From: an uncultured delta proteobacterium
GTDB taxonomy: Bacteria > Myxococcota > B64-G9
Reading direction: 5' to 3'
Length of the DNA: 64,000 nt
Assembly (NCBI GenBank): GCA_963754925.1
Contig: CAVWHX010000011.1
Span: 157,982 to 221,981 of the forward strand
Shown here piece by piece: positions 1 to 10,188 of this stretch. A program made the translations under genes and the position numbers. Under the pieces are notes generated by a model, which saw only the letters and a program-made list of their open reading frames with translations, ran no database searches and was not told the DNA's origin. Within the stretch, counting starts at the first letter, position 1. Each line of letters begins with the position of its first letter.

Positions 1-24
1 TGGTACCTCAATCGGGTGTGGGCT

Positions 25-1071
25 CTATTGAATCACCGGCTGGTACGTGCTGTTGATCTGTACGTATTTACAATTGACCTGTGCGATTTTTTTGTTGCTA
101 ATCACTACTTCGAGTATCATCCCTTTTGTCTGAGCAGCGCCGTTCTGGTCGGAAATGAAATTCCCGAGTGATTGGGCGATATAGTTATTCATGTACACCA
201 TGACCGGTTGTATCACTTGGGGATAATGACCAACGGTTAGGTCTGCTCCCTGATCTATGCAGTAGTGCGCGAATTCATCCTGGTCAGCATTCGGGATGTT
301 TGTGCCTTGTGTGCCCATGTGCAGCGAAACAATGACCACATCGGCTTGTTGTTTTGCCTGAATGATTGCCGGGCCGACATAGGTCTCATAAAACCACGCA
401 ACTCCCGTTTGTGCGGTGAGCCCCTGGGTGGAATCATCCTGCTGGGCGCGGACGGAAGTTTCCGTCCCCTCGTTGGTGACGGTGGTAAATGCGAGAAGGG
501 CTACCGTGGTTCCTTTTACATTAAAATATTTTGCGGTGTACGATTCATCAAAACTGCCTCCGCCGACATACGATATTCCTGCGTTTTTCAAACGCTGTAG
601 GCTGTCATCGAACCCTGCCCTTCCGTAATCGAAGGCGTGGTCATTGGCGACGGATACGACATCGATGCCCGCATAGGTTAAGCCGTTTATGGCGGCCGGG
701 TCAGCCTCGAAAGCGGTGCCATTTGAGACGGCGGTTGGATCCGCCGCCGTTCCGGCGTCGCTTATGATGCTCTCCAGATTCAAAAATGCCAGGTCGGCAT
801 TCCGCAGATAGTCACCGACATATTGAAACGGGTATTGGTAGCTGCCGCCGCCGTTGTTGATGACAGCATTTTTGACCCCGCGGGCCAGAATGGTATCGCC
901 GGCGAATACCAGCTGGCTGGTATCATCAGGGGTGGTGGTTCCCGTTCCGGTGCCTGTTCCGGTTCCTGTTCCTGTTCCGGTTCCGGTACCGGTTCCGGTG
1001 CTCGGGGTGCATACGAAAGCCAGGTTGGGCAGTATTAATACGATTGCCGAAATAACCCAGATTTTTTTCAT
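25..1071 (-). CDS. CapA/PGA_cap-family metallophosphatase-fold protein with signal peptide and (GT)n linker; metal-ligand motifs partly degenerate
   Basis: Motifs FAGD, NLES, VANDHAFDYG, SLHMG, GHYPQV and SLGNF match the CapA (poly-gamma-glutamate synthesis protein) pattern; hydrophobic N-terminus. Confidence 0.85.
   Translation of the reverse strand: MKKIWVISAIVLILPNLAFVCTPSTGTGTGTGTGTGTGTGTGTGTTTPDDTSQLVFAGDTILARGVKNAVINNGGGSYQYPFQYVGDYLRNADLAFLNLESIISDAGTAADPTAVSNGTAFEADPAAINGLTYAGIDVVSVANDHAFDYGRAGFDDSLQRLKNAGISYVGGGSFDESYTAKYFNVKGTTVALLAFTTVTNEGTETSVRAQQDDSTQGLTAQTGVAWFYETYVGPAIIQAKQQADVVIVSLHMGTQGTNIPNADQDEFAHYCIDQGADLTVGHYPQVIQPVMVYMNNYIAQSLGNFISDQNGAAQTKGMILEVVISNKKIAQVNCKYVQINSTYQPVIQ
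937..999 (-). repeat. Degenerate hexanucleotide tandem repeat encoding a (Thr-Gly)x10 linker
   Basis: Plus strand gttccc/gttccg/gtgcct/gttcct/gtaccg units; translates TGTGTG... in the 25..1071 ORF. Confidence 0.9.
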
Positions 1072-2057
1072 GAGACTTCTCCTTGTAACAAACTTGCTTT
1101 GTATTTATAAGAAACTCTTTTTGTGATAATACCGTAATAAAAGGCACCGATAATCCCCCGCAAAAGTATAATAGACGCTGAATAGGTAAGGCTGAACGCA
1201 AGTATTTGCGCCGGCGTGCCATAGTCTTTAAAGAGAATAAGCATGGCCGCTTGTGACGTTCCCAGCCCAAAGGCAGATATGGGAATGCTGATAACCAGTA
1301 AAATGACCGAGACAAAGGTAATCATTTCGGCAAACGGTATATGCATGTTAAAAGCTCTGACGGCCAAGAAAAAAAAGACGACAAAGGTTGCGTAGAATCC
1401 GCACCTATAAACCGTAGTTATGAAAAAGGTTCTCACCGGACTTTCGATAAATAGTTTCATCATCTCACTCTGCTTTATCTTCTTTATGAATGATTTTTCA
1501 GGGAGCAGCCTCAAGATTATTGTTGATATAATGGTAAGCGCCAATAGTACCGTAGCGACCAAGGCTATATTTGACAACAGCGTCGAAAGCGCACCGGTTA
1601 CTGCCGCTACGAGCCATCCGGCGATGGCCATGACGAGCACGGACACCTGGGTAATATAGTTTAGGAACAGCATGCACCCCGTCCCGCGGGTGATCGCGAT
1701 GCCTTTATACTTATTTAGATAATACACGATGCTGCCCATGCCCAGGGTGTAATCAATGATCATCAGTAGGTACGACGCGCCCCTAATGATTATGCTGTCA
1801 GGGAAGGGAATGGCGTTATGAGAATACCTCAAGATTGCATGCAGGTTCTGCGTATCAGCGAGGAAATTCAGCAGTATGAAAGCCACAAGCACCGTCAGGT
1901 ACAGTGCTACGTGCGCATGAGAAAGAGCATCCAACAGGGGATCAATTTCAATACTCCAAATAAGGTAGGCAAGGATAGCGGCACCCACAAACCAGGGAAG
2001 CATCCTCTTGATGAAATGGTTTTTAGAGCCACCGAACGCCATGATCTCGCACCTCAT
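1068..2057 (-). CDS. Lysylphosphatidylglycerol-synthase TM / flippase-like (UPF0104) membrane protein
   Basis: About 8 TM segments; PISAFGLGTSQAA resembles the family P-x-x-x-x-G-x-G-x-x-E motif; 4-bp overlap with the downstream capA-like gene. Confidence 0.75.
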   Translation of the reverse strand: MRCEIMAFGGSKNHFIKRMLPWFVGAAILAYLIWSIEIDPLLDALSHAHVALYLTVLVAFILLNFLADTQNLHAILRYSHNAIPFPDSIIIRGASYLLMIIDYTLGMGSIVYYLNKYKGIAITRGTGCMLFLNYITQVSVLVMAIAGWLVAAVTGALSTLLSNIALVATVLLALTIISTIILRLLPEKSFIKKIKQSEMMKLFIESPVRTFFITTVYRCGFYATFVVFFFLAVRAFNMHIPFAEMITFVSVILLVISIPISAFGLGTSQAAMLILFKDYGTPAQILAFSLTYSASIILLRGIIGAFYYGIITKRVSYKYKASLLQGEVS

Positions 2058-2120
2058 ATCAAAAACTCATTGACGCCGTTCAGTAACAATCAATGCGTTA
2101 GGGCTGTGCGCCCATCGTTT

Positions 2121-3560
2121 TCACAGTCCGCCTCTGGTGTAGCCAGCCCATGCCGAGCCCCAAGGCTTGGCGAATGTCCAGGCGTAATTGGTCGCCGACC
2201 CTTCGTTAAAGTTGTTGTACATATACTCGGCGCAGTAGTCCGAGAAGTTCCTCAGGTTATCCGTTGTCAGATAGGACGGGTTTGTCGTCATGTCGGCCAG
2301 GATTTCTTCTGTTTTTCCGAAAATAAAATCTTCCAAAGGAAACGTCCATTGCTGGACCTTCGCCAGTTCGTTTTTGTTCATCGTTTTATCGTTCATCCCG
2401 GTCAACACATTTCCTAAGTTTGACCAATAAATGAGGTTGTCATAGATTTCTCGCCGGTTTGACGCCCTAGCCAGGAGCGAAGCATCATTGAGATCGTACT
2501 TGTTGCCGTCCATATCTATGTCATCGACCCAGGCAAGATATGAAACCTCGCGGGCATACACAAAATAGGGGAGGAACACGCCAACCGACGGCTCGCCCAG
2601 AACACACCAGAATGCGGTCAGGTGGGGATCTCCGCCGGGAGCCACACCGTCGACCACCATGGCAAGCCGTGTCGCAGCCCGACTAATGCAATAGGTTGTG
2701 CTGTAGTTGGTTTGACAGCTGGCCTGGTCGAGCTGGTTTCCGTACCCGTCGATCTGCTGGCCATAGACGTCTTTTACAACTTCAGTCATGACATTCCTGT
2801 AGTTGAGCGTTCCTGAAAAAGCCAAAAGGGTTAAAAGATTTTCGGCACGCAAGCGGCGCTCTTCCCCGTATTCAATGGGAAGATAGGAGTTTGCATTGGC
2901 TCGGTTTTCAAAACCTATGAAGGTATTTCCTTGGCCCGGTATGGTTATGGGAATGAAGGTGCTATAGTCGGTGATATCGCCGTTATTAGCGTCGTATTTC
3001 CGGTACATGACCGGCCGAAGCATGCCCAAGATCGGGTCGGAAAGGGCTTCATAGAGCGCCGCTCCGCCCTTGGCGTCAATGGCGACAAAATTACCGCTGA
3101 TGACTTTACCGAAATTGCTCTGGTTAAAGGTATGCAGCAATGCTTCGAAATCTTCGATGTTGGCGCATTCCTGAAGAGCGTGCCTGACCAGGTCGGTATT
3201 GACATTCAAGGCTTCCTCGATCGGAACCATATCTTCATAAACCGATGTGACGGATATGGCAAAGCCTGCCTCATTCACTCCGCCGTGTGGATTAACTTGC
3301 GTCCCCGTGTTTAATTGCGCAAATAAATCATAATCAGTGGCCATTATATAGGCGCCGGCCTGCCCGGTTACCGCGGGGTAGTATTTTATCTCCTGGTGCC
3401 AGTCTCCGGAGCAGTCCAAGCTTTTCCAGATAAAGGGCCTCCCCGTCGTTGAAACACGGGCTGATACGACAGCTATATCGCATGGATACGCATAGGTACA
3501 GACGAGGCCGATCATTAACGCCGATAATGTTATTAGAATACGTCTTGATTTATATGTCAT
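2121..3560 (-). CDS. Secreted Ntn-hydrolase, peptidase C45/C69-like (acyl-CoA:6-APA acyltransferase family)
   Basis: Signal peptide then CDIAVVSARVSTTGRPFIWKSLD (N-terminal nucleophile Cys), GGVNEAGFAI, GNFVAIDAKGGAALYE; start placed at ATG 3560 after a GGAGG. Confidence 0.75.
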   Translation of the reverse strand: MTYKSRRILITLSALMIGLVCTYAYPCDIAVVSARVSTTGRPFIWKSLDCSGDWHQEIKYYPAVTGQAGAYIMATDYDLFAQLNTGTQVNPHGGVNEAGFAISVTSVYEDMVPIEEALNVNTDLVRHALQECANIEDFEALLHTFNQSNFGKVISGNFVAIDAKGGAALYEALSDPILGMLRPVMYRKYDANNGDITDYSTFIPITIPGQGNTFIGFENRANANSYLPIEYGEERRLRAENLLTLLAFSGTLNYRNVMTEVVKDVYGQQIDGYGNQLDQASCQTNYSTTYCISRAATRLAMVVDGVAPGGDPHLTAFWCVLGEPSVGVFLPYFVYAREVSYLAWVDDIDMDGNKYDLNDASLLARASNRREIYDNLIYWSNLGNVLTGMNDKTMNKNELAKVQQWTFPLEDFIFGKTEEILADMTTNPSYLTTDNLRNFSDYCAEYMYNNFNEGSATNYAWTFAKPWGSAWAGYTRGGL

Positions 3561-3659
3561 TCTTCTACCCTCCGTTGAATATGGATACATCATACCTGTT
3601 TTCGGTCGCCACCCCTGCCGTGCCTTACGAATTGTGCTTTCTCCTTTTCCACCGTTGAA

Positions 3660-5027
3660 CTAACCCGTTTCTCTTCCTCCGCAACCACGTTTAAAATCCT
3701 GCCGCAACGTCGGGTTCGAAAAACGGGACCCACTATGATCTTTGTCGGTTACCCAAGATTCAATAGCTTTCCGTTTAATGCCGTTTTTCATGGCAATGTG
3801 ATCCACGTGCTCTACGCTGATAGTGACTGGTTCGCCGAATATCTCGTGCAGGCTGTCTATCAGCTCCCGGAACTGGTGATCGGCGTATTCCCTGCCCTTG
3901 ACGAGCTCGATGACAATATGGCCCCGGTCCTTCTGTATGACTTTGAATTCCTCCATGAGGTGGAGGTATTTTTTTATAAATTTGGTGAAGGTATTTAAAA
4001 TTTTAAGGGACGAGACGTATTTGCCGCTTGGCAGAATAAATGAGTCGTCTGCCCTCCCCTCGAAGGCCTCGAGCAGCGGATACTCCAGGCCGCAGGGACA
4101 TTTTTTGTCGCTGTACCGTCCGATGTCGCCTATGCGGTACCGGATGAAGGGCATGGCATCGCTTCTCGACGTGGTGAGGACCATCTCACCTTCTTCTCCG
4201 GGCTTAACGGTTTTCCCGCTCTTATCGAGAAATTCAACCCACACGTTGTCGATAAACAGGTGATAATTTCCCTCCCTGCATTGGGATGCGATCATCCATG
4301 TTTCCTCGGTGGAGTATTCATCGTAAACCGGGCATCCAAAAACCGAAGATATGAATTCACGCTGGTCTTTCGTTGACAGCTCTGAGTTAATGCCGATGAA
4401 TTTCGGCCTGATCAGTTTCAGATCATCCGGTGTCGCCTTCTGGGCGATTTCGAGGACAATGGACGCGTACCCTATGAGGAGGTCGGGTTGCGTCTTCCGC
4501 AGCATGGCTATTTGCTTTTCGAGAGAAATAGTCGAAGGTATATGGGCGGTCCGGAAAAATGGACCAAATCGGGGATATTTTATCGCCGTGTACTTGATGT
4601 AGGTCACCTTGTGCCACGGCCGATACCCTATCAAGGTATACATGCGAAGACCCGTTGCGATATAGAAAGCGTAGGCGGATAGATTGTAAACAAAGGGAAG
4701 AGACCTGCCGGTCGACCCGGTGGTGGCGGAATAATGGCACTTTTTTACATCGAATTTTCTTGAGACGATGCCCTTCGGAAACTGGTCGCGGATTTCATCC
4801 TTAGTTATGAACGGAAGTTTCTGCAAATCATCTAAGGTCTTGATATCACTTATGGTTACACCGTGGGAATCATAGAGCTGTCTATAACAGGGAACATTTT
4901 TATATGCTCGGTGGATTCCCCGAATGATTCTGCGCTCGGCTGATTGGTAAAGTTTCTTTTGTGAACGGAGGTTATTCCAATGAACTCTAATGACAGAAAC
5001 AGCCAGGTATAACAAAAATCTGATCAT
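3660..5027 (-). CDS. Phenylacetate-CoA ligase / CapK-like adenylate-forming enzyme
   Basis: LPFITKDEIR, TTGSTG P-loop, DEYSTEE, MPFIRYRIGD, EGRADD motifs. Confidence 0.85.
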   Translation of the reverse strand: MIRFLLYLAVSVIRVHWNNLRSQKKLYQSAERRIIRGIHRAYKNVPCYRQLYDSHGVTISDIKTLDDLQKLPFITKDEIRDQFPKGIVSRKFDVKKCHYSATTGSTGRSLPFVYNLSAYAFYIATGLRMYTLIGYRPWHKVTYIKYTAIKYPRFGPFFRTAHIPSTISLEKQIAMLRKTQPDLLIGYASIVLEIAQKATPDDLKLIRPKFIGINSELSTKDQREFISSVFGCPVYDEYSTEETWMIASQCREGNYHLFIDNVWVEFLDKSGKTVKPGEEGEMVLTTSRSDAMPFIRYRIGDIGRYSDKKCPCGLEYPLLEAFEGRADDSFILPSGKYVSSLKILNTFTKFIKKYLHLMEEFKVIQKDRGHIVIELVKGREYADHQFRELIDSLHEIFGEPVTISVEHVDHIAMKNGIKRKAIESWVTDKDHSGSRFSNPTLRQDFKRGCGGRETG

Positions 5028-5199
5028 CTTTCATACTCATAATCAAAGAGATTCACATGAATCTTGATTATCAGAATAGTTATACCCAACGCCGTTTATT
5101 CTGCATATATTTTTTCGCTACATATATAAATATATAAAGGCCAACGCATTGTCAAGACCAAAAAGGTCTCGACGTAACGTATTCAAAAACTAGTGGTTT

Positions 5200-6453
5200 T
5201 TAGACGCTGCCGGGTGAAGTGCCAACAGATTCGATAATGCGACAGATATCGGTGAGGGGTTGAGCCGTTTGAATCTTCCTTGCGATTACTTTGCATTTTT
5301 CATTTACTTCCTGGGTAGTTAGGAGACATTGAAGCTTTGCGGCGAGTGATTCTGGCGTGCAGCTCCGGGAACTGATCACGTCGCCGATGCCAAGGGCTTT
5401 TACTCGGGCGCCGTTGTCGTATTGATCTATGCCCCAGGGCACCACGAGATGTGGGATACCCGCCCGCATAGCCTGGGCCATGGTACCGATGCCGCCGTGG
5501 TAGACCAAGAGCGCTGCTCGATTAAGCACCTGACTGAAAGGCACGTATTCAAAAAAGCGGATGTGATCGGGCAGATTCCGTGGAATCTGCTCTTTGAATT
5601 TGGATATGAGTAGGGCGCGCTTTCCGAGAGCGGTCGTTGCTGCCACGGCTTTTTCGAAAAATGAGGAGAATCTCTTATTGGGTGTTCCCGGCGTGAACAC
5701 GATCGGGGCTTCGCCGCTTGAAAGGAATTTTTCGAGTTCTGCAGGCAGGATCCTGTCGGGCAGTGCGCCCTCGTCAAACAACGGAAAACTCGTCTGTTCC
5801 GTTTGGGCGGGCCAGTCAGGCTGCGGTTTGGCGAACCAGTCCGGAAAAAGCGCGATGATCTTGTCGGGCGAAAGCATCCAGCGAAACGCCCTGCGCTGCG
5901 GCCGCAGGCCGATTTGTTTTCGAAATTCGTTGAGCTTTGGACAAATATACCAGTCGAACAGAAGGTGGGCCCCTTGAAACAGCATACTGAAGATGTGTCT
6001 CGGCACCCAACGCGGATAAGGATTTAAGGTAAACAGGGGAGGATCGTACGACGATAAAAACATCATCGGCGCCAGATTGATGGTGACCATCGGCACCCCA
6101 AGTTTTTCGCGCGCCAGCCGGGCGCCCAACGAGGAAACATTGCACACCACCACGCGCGCCCCTTCCCGGCAATGAACGGAAAGATAATCATATACCGGCT
6201 TCATTGGGCGCAGATAGAGGTGTTGGAAGACCAGTGAGCGCATATTTGAATCTTCAAGTATATCAATCGCATTCGTAAATTCATGCGCGCTGCCAATGGA
6301 AAAAAATGACAGACCGGCTTTTTGTATGACGGGCTCAAAATAGCTGCTCGCGAGCACGGTAACCTGGTGTCCCTTGTTTTTCAGGGCCGACCCGATACCG
6401 AGCAGGGGGTAGAGATCACCCTGGCTGCCTATCGAAACAATAATGACGCGCAT
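5200..6453 (-). CDS. GT1-family glycosyltransferase (RhlB/sterol glucosyltransferase-like)
   Basis: GSQGDLYP N-terminal motif; HGGIGT, AGIPHLVVP, DQYDNG nucleotide-sugar-binding signature. Confidence 0.9.
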   Translation of the reverse strand: MRVIIVSIGSQGDLYPLLGIGSALKNKGHQVTVLASSYFEPVIQKAGLSFFSIGSAHEFTNAIDILEDSNMRSLVFQHLYLRPMKPVYDYLSVHCREGARVVVCNVSSLGARLAREKLGVPMVTINLAPMMFLSSYDPPLFTLNPYPRWVPRHIFSMLFQGAHLLFDWYICPKLNEFRKQIGLRPQRRAFRWMLSPDKIIALFPDWFAKPQPDWPAQTEQTSFPLFDEGALPDRILPAELEKFLSSGEAPIVFTPGTPNKRFSSFFEKAVAATTALGKRALLISKFKEQIPRNLPDHIRFFEYVPFSQVLNRAALLVYHGGIGTMAQAMRAGIPHLVVPWGIDQYDNGARVKALGIGDVISSRSCTPESLAAKLQCLLTTQEVNEKCKVIARKIQTAQPLTDICRIIESVGTSPGSV

Positions 6454-6473
6454 AGCTTTTGCATTCTCGACAC

Positions 6474-7742
6474 CTAACCACTCGTCTTATCTGGATTGAG
6501 CGACACCACCGTACCGCCGCTTACCGCGGCGGGTTCGTCGGGACGGATTTCGCCAATACGGTTTGCTATTTCATCCGGCGGCTTCACCAGGAGAGCTCCG
6601 GCCGGGATTTCACGCCCGTGCGCAACAAAAACCCCGGCCGACACCCGTGCTCTCGGTCCGACGCAGACGCCAAGGTACGGGGAGCCGATGTCTACATAGC
6701 GCCCGCGATGTGCGACGCGAATATTTTTGTTGAAGTTTATGTCGAAAAAGGCGGAATTCGTAAGGGCGCACGCTTCTTCCCCCAGCAGGGAACCTTGCAT
6801 GAGAAATTGGGCCGCAAGCGCCCCTGGATACACCACCGAGGAAATGACGACGGCATTACGCCCCACGACCGCCCCCTCGCCGATGACCGATCCGGTCACT
6901 TGTGCGCCTTCCATGATGGTCGCCCCCTCGGCAATAAACGATTTAGAGACGATGGCCCGCGGGGCGATCGTTACGCCCTTCTGGATAACGGACAATTCAA
7001 TATAGGCGCTATGGTGAATATGCGCCCGCATGCTCACCGATTTGAGGCTTTCGAACAGACGTCCGCCCATCCAAGGAAATCCCCTGAGAGCGCGCCATGC
7101 ATACCAGGATACGCCGCTAAGCCACCAACCGCTGTACAGCCGATCAAACCATAGTGCGGCGAGCGCTTCCATGTTAACCCGATGGATATGTATCCAATGG
7201 TTGATGTTGCACAGGTAACTATCGCTGAGGGCCAACATCCCTTCTGGCTGCTTGAGCAGGCCTCGCGGTAGCGCATAGTGTATGACATATTCCTTATAGG
7301 GCAGCACTAGCGGTTCAGCATCGGCCGCGGATGAATTACCGCGTAAAAAGTAAAAGGGAGCGGTCCATACCTCTTGGCGCGGCGAGCTCGTTACAGCCGG
7401 ATCCAGACCATCAACAACGCTCGTATAGTTGGTATTCAACGCCTTGGGAAGGGCGGCCACGACCGAAACAGGTCCGCGTCTTTTCTGGGCCAGCCGAACA
7501 AAGCGACGCAGCACACTCCTCGAACAAGCCACGCTGTCGGCCACGACGAATGCGCCACAGGATTCGCGCCGAGCCATTTCCTCCGCTTCTTTAAGCGAAC
7601 CCGTTCGCTCGATAGTGAACCCGTTGGACGAGCATTCACGTTCGATGCTTTCTCCTAAGGTCCGACCTAAAACCCAGGCGCTACCTGCCGGAGCATCGAG
7701 GGGGGAAATGATCGTGGCGTTATGTACGATGAAGACTTTCAC
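6474..7742 (-). CDS. Protein with C-terminal left-handed beta-helix (hexapeptide repeats), putative acyltransferase-like
   Basis: Hexapeptide periodicity IQKGVTIAPRAIV...IAEGATIMEGAQV...IGEGAVVGRNAVV; GTG start. Confidence 0.6.
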   Translation of the reverse strand: MKVFIVHNATIISPLDAPAGSAWVLGRTLGESIERECSSNGFTIERTGSLKEAEEMARRESCGAFVVADSVACSRSVLRRFVRLAQKRRGPVSVVAALPKALNTNYTSVVDGLDPAVTSSPRQEVWTAPFYFLRGNSSAADAEPLVLPYKEYVIHYALPRGLLKQPEGMLALSDSYLCNINHWIHIHRVNMEALAALWFDRLYSGWWLSGVSWYAWRALRGFPWMGGRLFESLKSVSMRAHIHHSAYIELSVIQKGVTIAPRAIVSKSFIAEGATIMEGAQVTGSVIGEGAVVGRNAVVISSVVYPGALAAQFLMQGSLLGEEACALTNSAFFDINFNKNIRVAHRGRYVDIGSPYLGVCVGPRARVSAGVFVAHGREIPAGALLVKPPDEIANRIGEIRPDEPAAVSGGTVVSLNPDKTSG

Positions 7743-7806
7743 ATTAAATCACTTGCTCGATTCGAGTGCAGTCTCGAATCGGGCTCGTCTCATTCAATGA
7801 GCGAAG

Positions 7807-8992
7807 TTATGAAAACACCGCACTGATGTCGTCGGCCAACGTATCCAAGCGTCCGTTGCTGGCAAGGACATTGGGGACCGAGATCACGACCTCCATCCGG
7901 TTATCGAGGGTCCGGCCTATGCCGACAAAGGCCGGAAAACCTTCCATGCCCGGTGGAATGCCGAAACAGGTTTCGGTATAAAAACCGCCCCCGCTAAATC
8001 GCTGTACATCCAAGCGACTGACATAGGAAACCAGGGCGGAAACCGGATAATGGCCCCTCACATGCTGCCATTTAAACACCATCTTTAGTCCAAATTGCAT
8101 GAGCCACAAGGGCACCAAGTCCAAATGATCCCCGCCCTCGATGAGAACGCAATCCTCGCAACCGAGAAGCTGACGGCGAACATCATCGGTGATTGATTCG
8201 GGTGTGGAATCCGGTGTGACGGTGACGTAAATAGCCATCGATAAATTGCCCGTCGAACGCACATCCGGTTGCCGAATTCGTAAGTCCACGGGAATTGCCA
8301 TCTGAAACGTACCCGTGCCGTATTTCCACGCCGAGCGCGCCAGGGCGATAGCGACCTTGCCCATTACCTTTGAGTGCTTGCCGGAAAAGGAGAGGCGTTT
8401 CCCAAGTGATTCCCTTGGGCCCTGGCTGGGCCTTGCCGGTCGGCGCGATACATTTCAGGGTGCTCATCTTCTTGGTGGCGCTGGAAAACTGGCGGGTCAA
8501 TGCGGCCTCGGTCATCGTGGAGGATGAACCCAGGGGTTCTTCCCCGCGCAGAACGCGATAGATATCATCCGCCCAGGAAACCGTGCCCCCGGCATCCATG
8601 ACGCCATGGTTGGATCTGACTATGACGTGCGAGATATCGCCGGGAACAAAGACAACTTCACAGGTGGGTCCGCTATAGGGCAGCGGAGTCTGCAGATAGG
8701 GGGCAGCTTCTCTATCATAACCATCCCAGCCTCGGCCGGATATAAGTCTCACGGGAGGTGTTACACCGGAATCCAGCCAATAGGCCTTGTGAAGACTGCC
8801 TTTCAATATCAACCGGCTTCCGGGGTTGGCCTGTGAGGCCTTTTCTACGGCATGCTGTAGATCTTTTAAATCCAGCGTCCCTCGGCCTGCCGATACGAGT
8901 TGATTCACGTAGGGGGGGCATAGGGCATTCACGCTCAGCCATATGCGCTCGGTTATCGATAGCGGTCTTTGAAAACGCTTTTCCATCGACAC
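7807..8992 (-). CDS. Stand-alone condensation-domain / PapA5-like acyltransferase, frameshifted near 8402
   Basis: RPLSITER N-terminus, NHGVMDAGG (HxxxDG) catalytic motif, IPVDLR...STGNLS; removing one G from TGGG at ~8402 fuses ORFs 8183..8992 and 7807..8364. Confidence 0.75.
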
Positions 8993-9037
8993 ACCTCCCT
9001 AAAAAGTAATCCTGCAGTTGACCGGATCTCCGATAGC

Positions 9038-9835
9038 TCAACTCGTGACTTTTTTCCGCGCCGCTTGCTGAATCGCCGTACGCACGGTGCTGCCTTTGGC
9101 GAGCACACGCACCTCGGACACGGGAAGCTTGGCGAGTAACTCCAAGGCTTCTTTCATCGGCGTTTGCGGGTTGCGGACGAGATTTCGGCAGACGGTCGCC
9201 GAGCGGGTCCATTCTTTGTGGTTTGCGATCATCCTCAGCACATCCGGGTTGACCGACGGCATCTTGGCGATCGTTTCGATTTCGTCAAGGGTAATCGCGG
9301 GATTTTTAATAACAAACGGGTGAATGGTCTTGTTACGATCGCGAATAAGGAGCAGGCGCAGGTTTTTGCGGCCATGCAAGGCTGCCTGGCGTTTTTCCGC
9401 AACAGACATCGATTCCAGTTGTTGGGTGGATAGAGAAGGCGCGCCAACGGTTGATGACTTCTCATCGGCCGGTGGGATTTCCACGGCTTCTGGTAGGCTA
9501 ATACGTGGGTCCTCGCCTCCCTCACCGCTTTCCTCGGATGGGGTAATCTCATCGCATTTTTTCAAGACGTTCTGCAGAGTGGAAGCGGAACCTTCGGCAA
9601 ACTGCACCGCCAGACCTTGGCCTGAAATACACTGAACTACTTCCGCCGAACAGGAGAACTCCTCCCCGTCGGGCGTTATCAGTTGAACGACGACCGGTGC
9701 AAACTGCTCCAACGCGAGATCGGTTTTCAGAAACAACCCCTTCATAGTCAACTGCTGTTTGCAGTCTCTTTCAAATACCTTCCAGGAATGATACTGAACG
9801 TGGATCGTTTGGTCCGCCACGCCTCTATGTTGCAC
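9038..9835 (-). CDS. PilZ-like N-terminal domain protein with helical C-terminal region (myxobacterial type)
   Basis: KGLFLKT...AEVV...GLAVQF PilZ-like core without RxxxR; C-terminal LIRDRNK...NPAIT...LVRNPQTP region; start uncertain. Confidence 0.55.
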   Translation of the reverse strand: MQHRGVADQTIHVQYHSWKVFERDCKQQLTMKGLFLKTDLALEQFAPVVVQLITPDGEEFSCSAEVVQCISGQGLAVQFAEGSASTLQNVLKKCDEITPSEESGEGGEDPRISLPEAVEIPPADEKSSTVGAPSLSTQQLESMSVAEKRQAALHGRKNLRLLLIRDRNKTIHPFVIKNPAITLDEIETIAKMPSVNPDVLRMIANHKEWTRSATVCRNLVRNPQTPMKEALELLAKLPVSEVRVLAKGSTVRTAIQQAARKKVTS

Positions 9836-9861
9836 AGCGTGGACTCTGGTTGCAAGATAAT

Positions 9862-10146
9862 TGAAATATCGGTAGTGGGTCAGTTAGAGGCTTACGGGTA
9901 TTTGTCGAACGACACGGTACGTTGACCCACAACCGAACACATTGTCATATCGACCGAAGGGAGATATCTAAATACAATCTCATTACCAGTTTAGATTTCT
10001 CGCTGTCCCTAAAGGGATAAGAGCCCGTAAAGCTCACTGCGTTCGCTAACGGGCTCTAACGCTCGAAATGACAATATTGCAAAGCTCCTGACACCTGCCG
10101 AACACCCGTAAGCCTTTGGCAACCTGACCCGCTACCGAAATATCAG
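9862..10146. repeat. Nested palindromic region: outer GTAG-type inverted repeats around a TGTCAT...ATGACA REP-like doublet with an inserted hairpin element
   Basis: cggtagtgggtcag (9870) pairs with ctgacccgctaccg (10124); aggcttacgggt pairs with acccgtaagcct; inner tgtcatatcgaccgaagggagatatct (9943) ... agatttctcgctg[insert]cgctcgaaatgaca (10073). Confidence 0.75.
10007..10059 (+). repeat. GGATAAGAG-hairpin mini element, copy A
   Basis: ccctaaagggataagagcccgt...acgggctctaa; same ends as copies at 19111, 19199 and 52698. Confidence 0.75.
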
Positions 10147-10188
10147 GTGATTGCGTGGTAAGATCAGCGCCATAAGCATATAGTTGTA

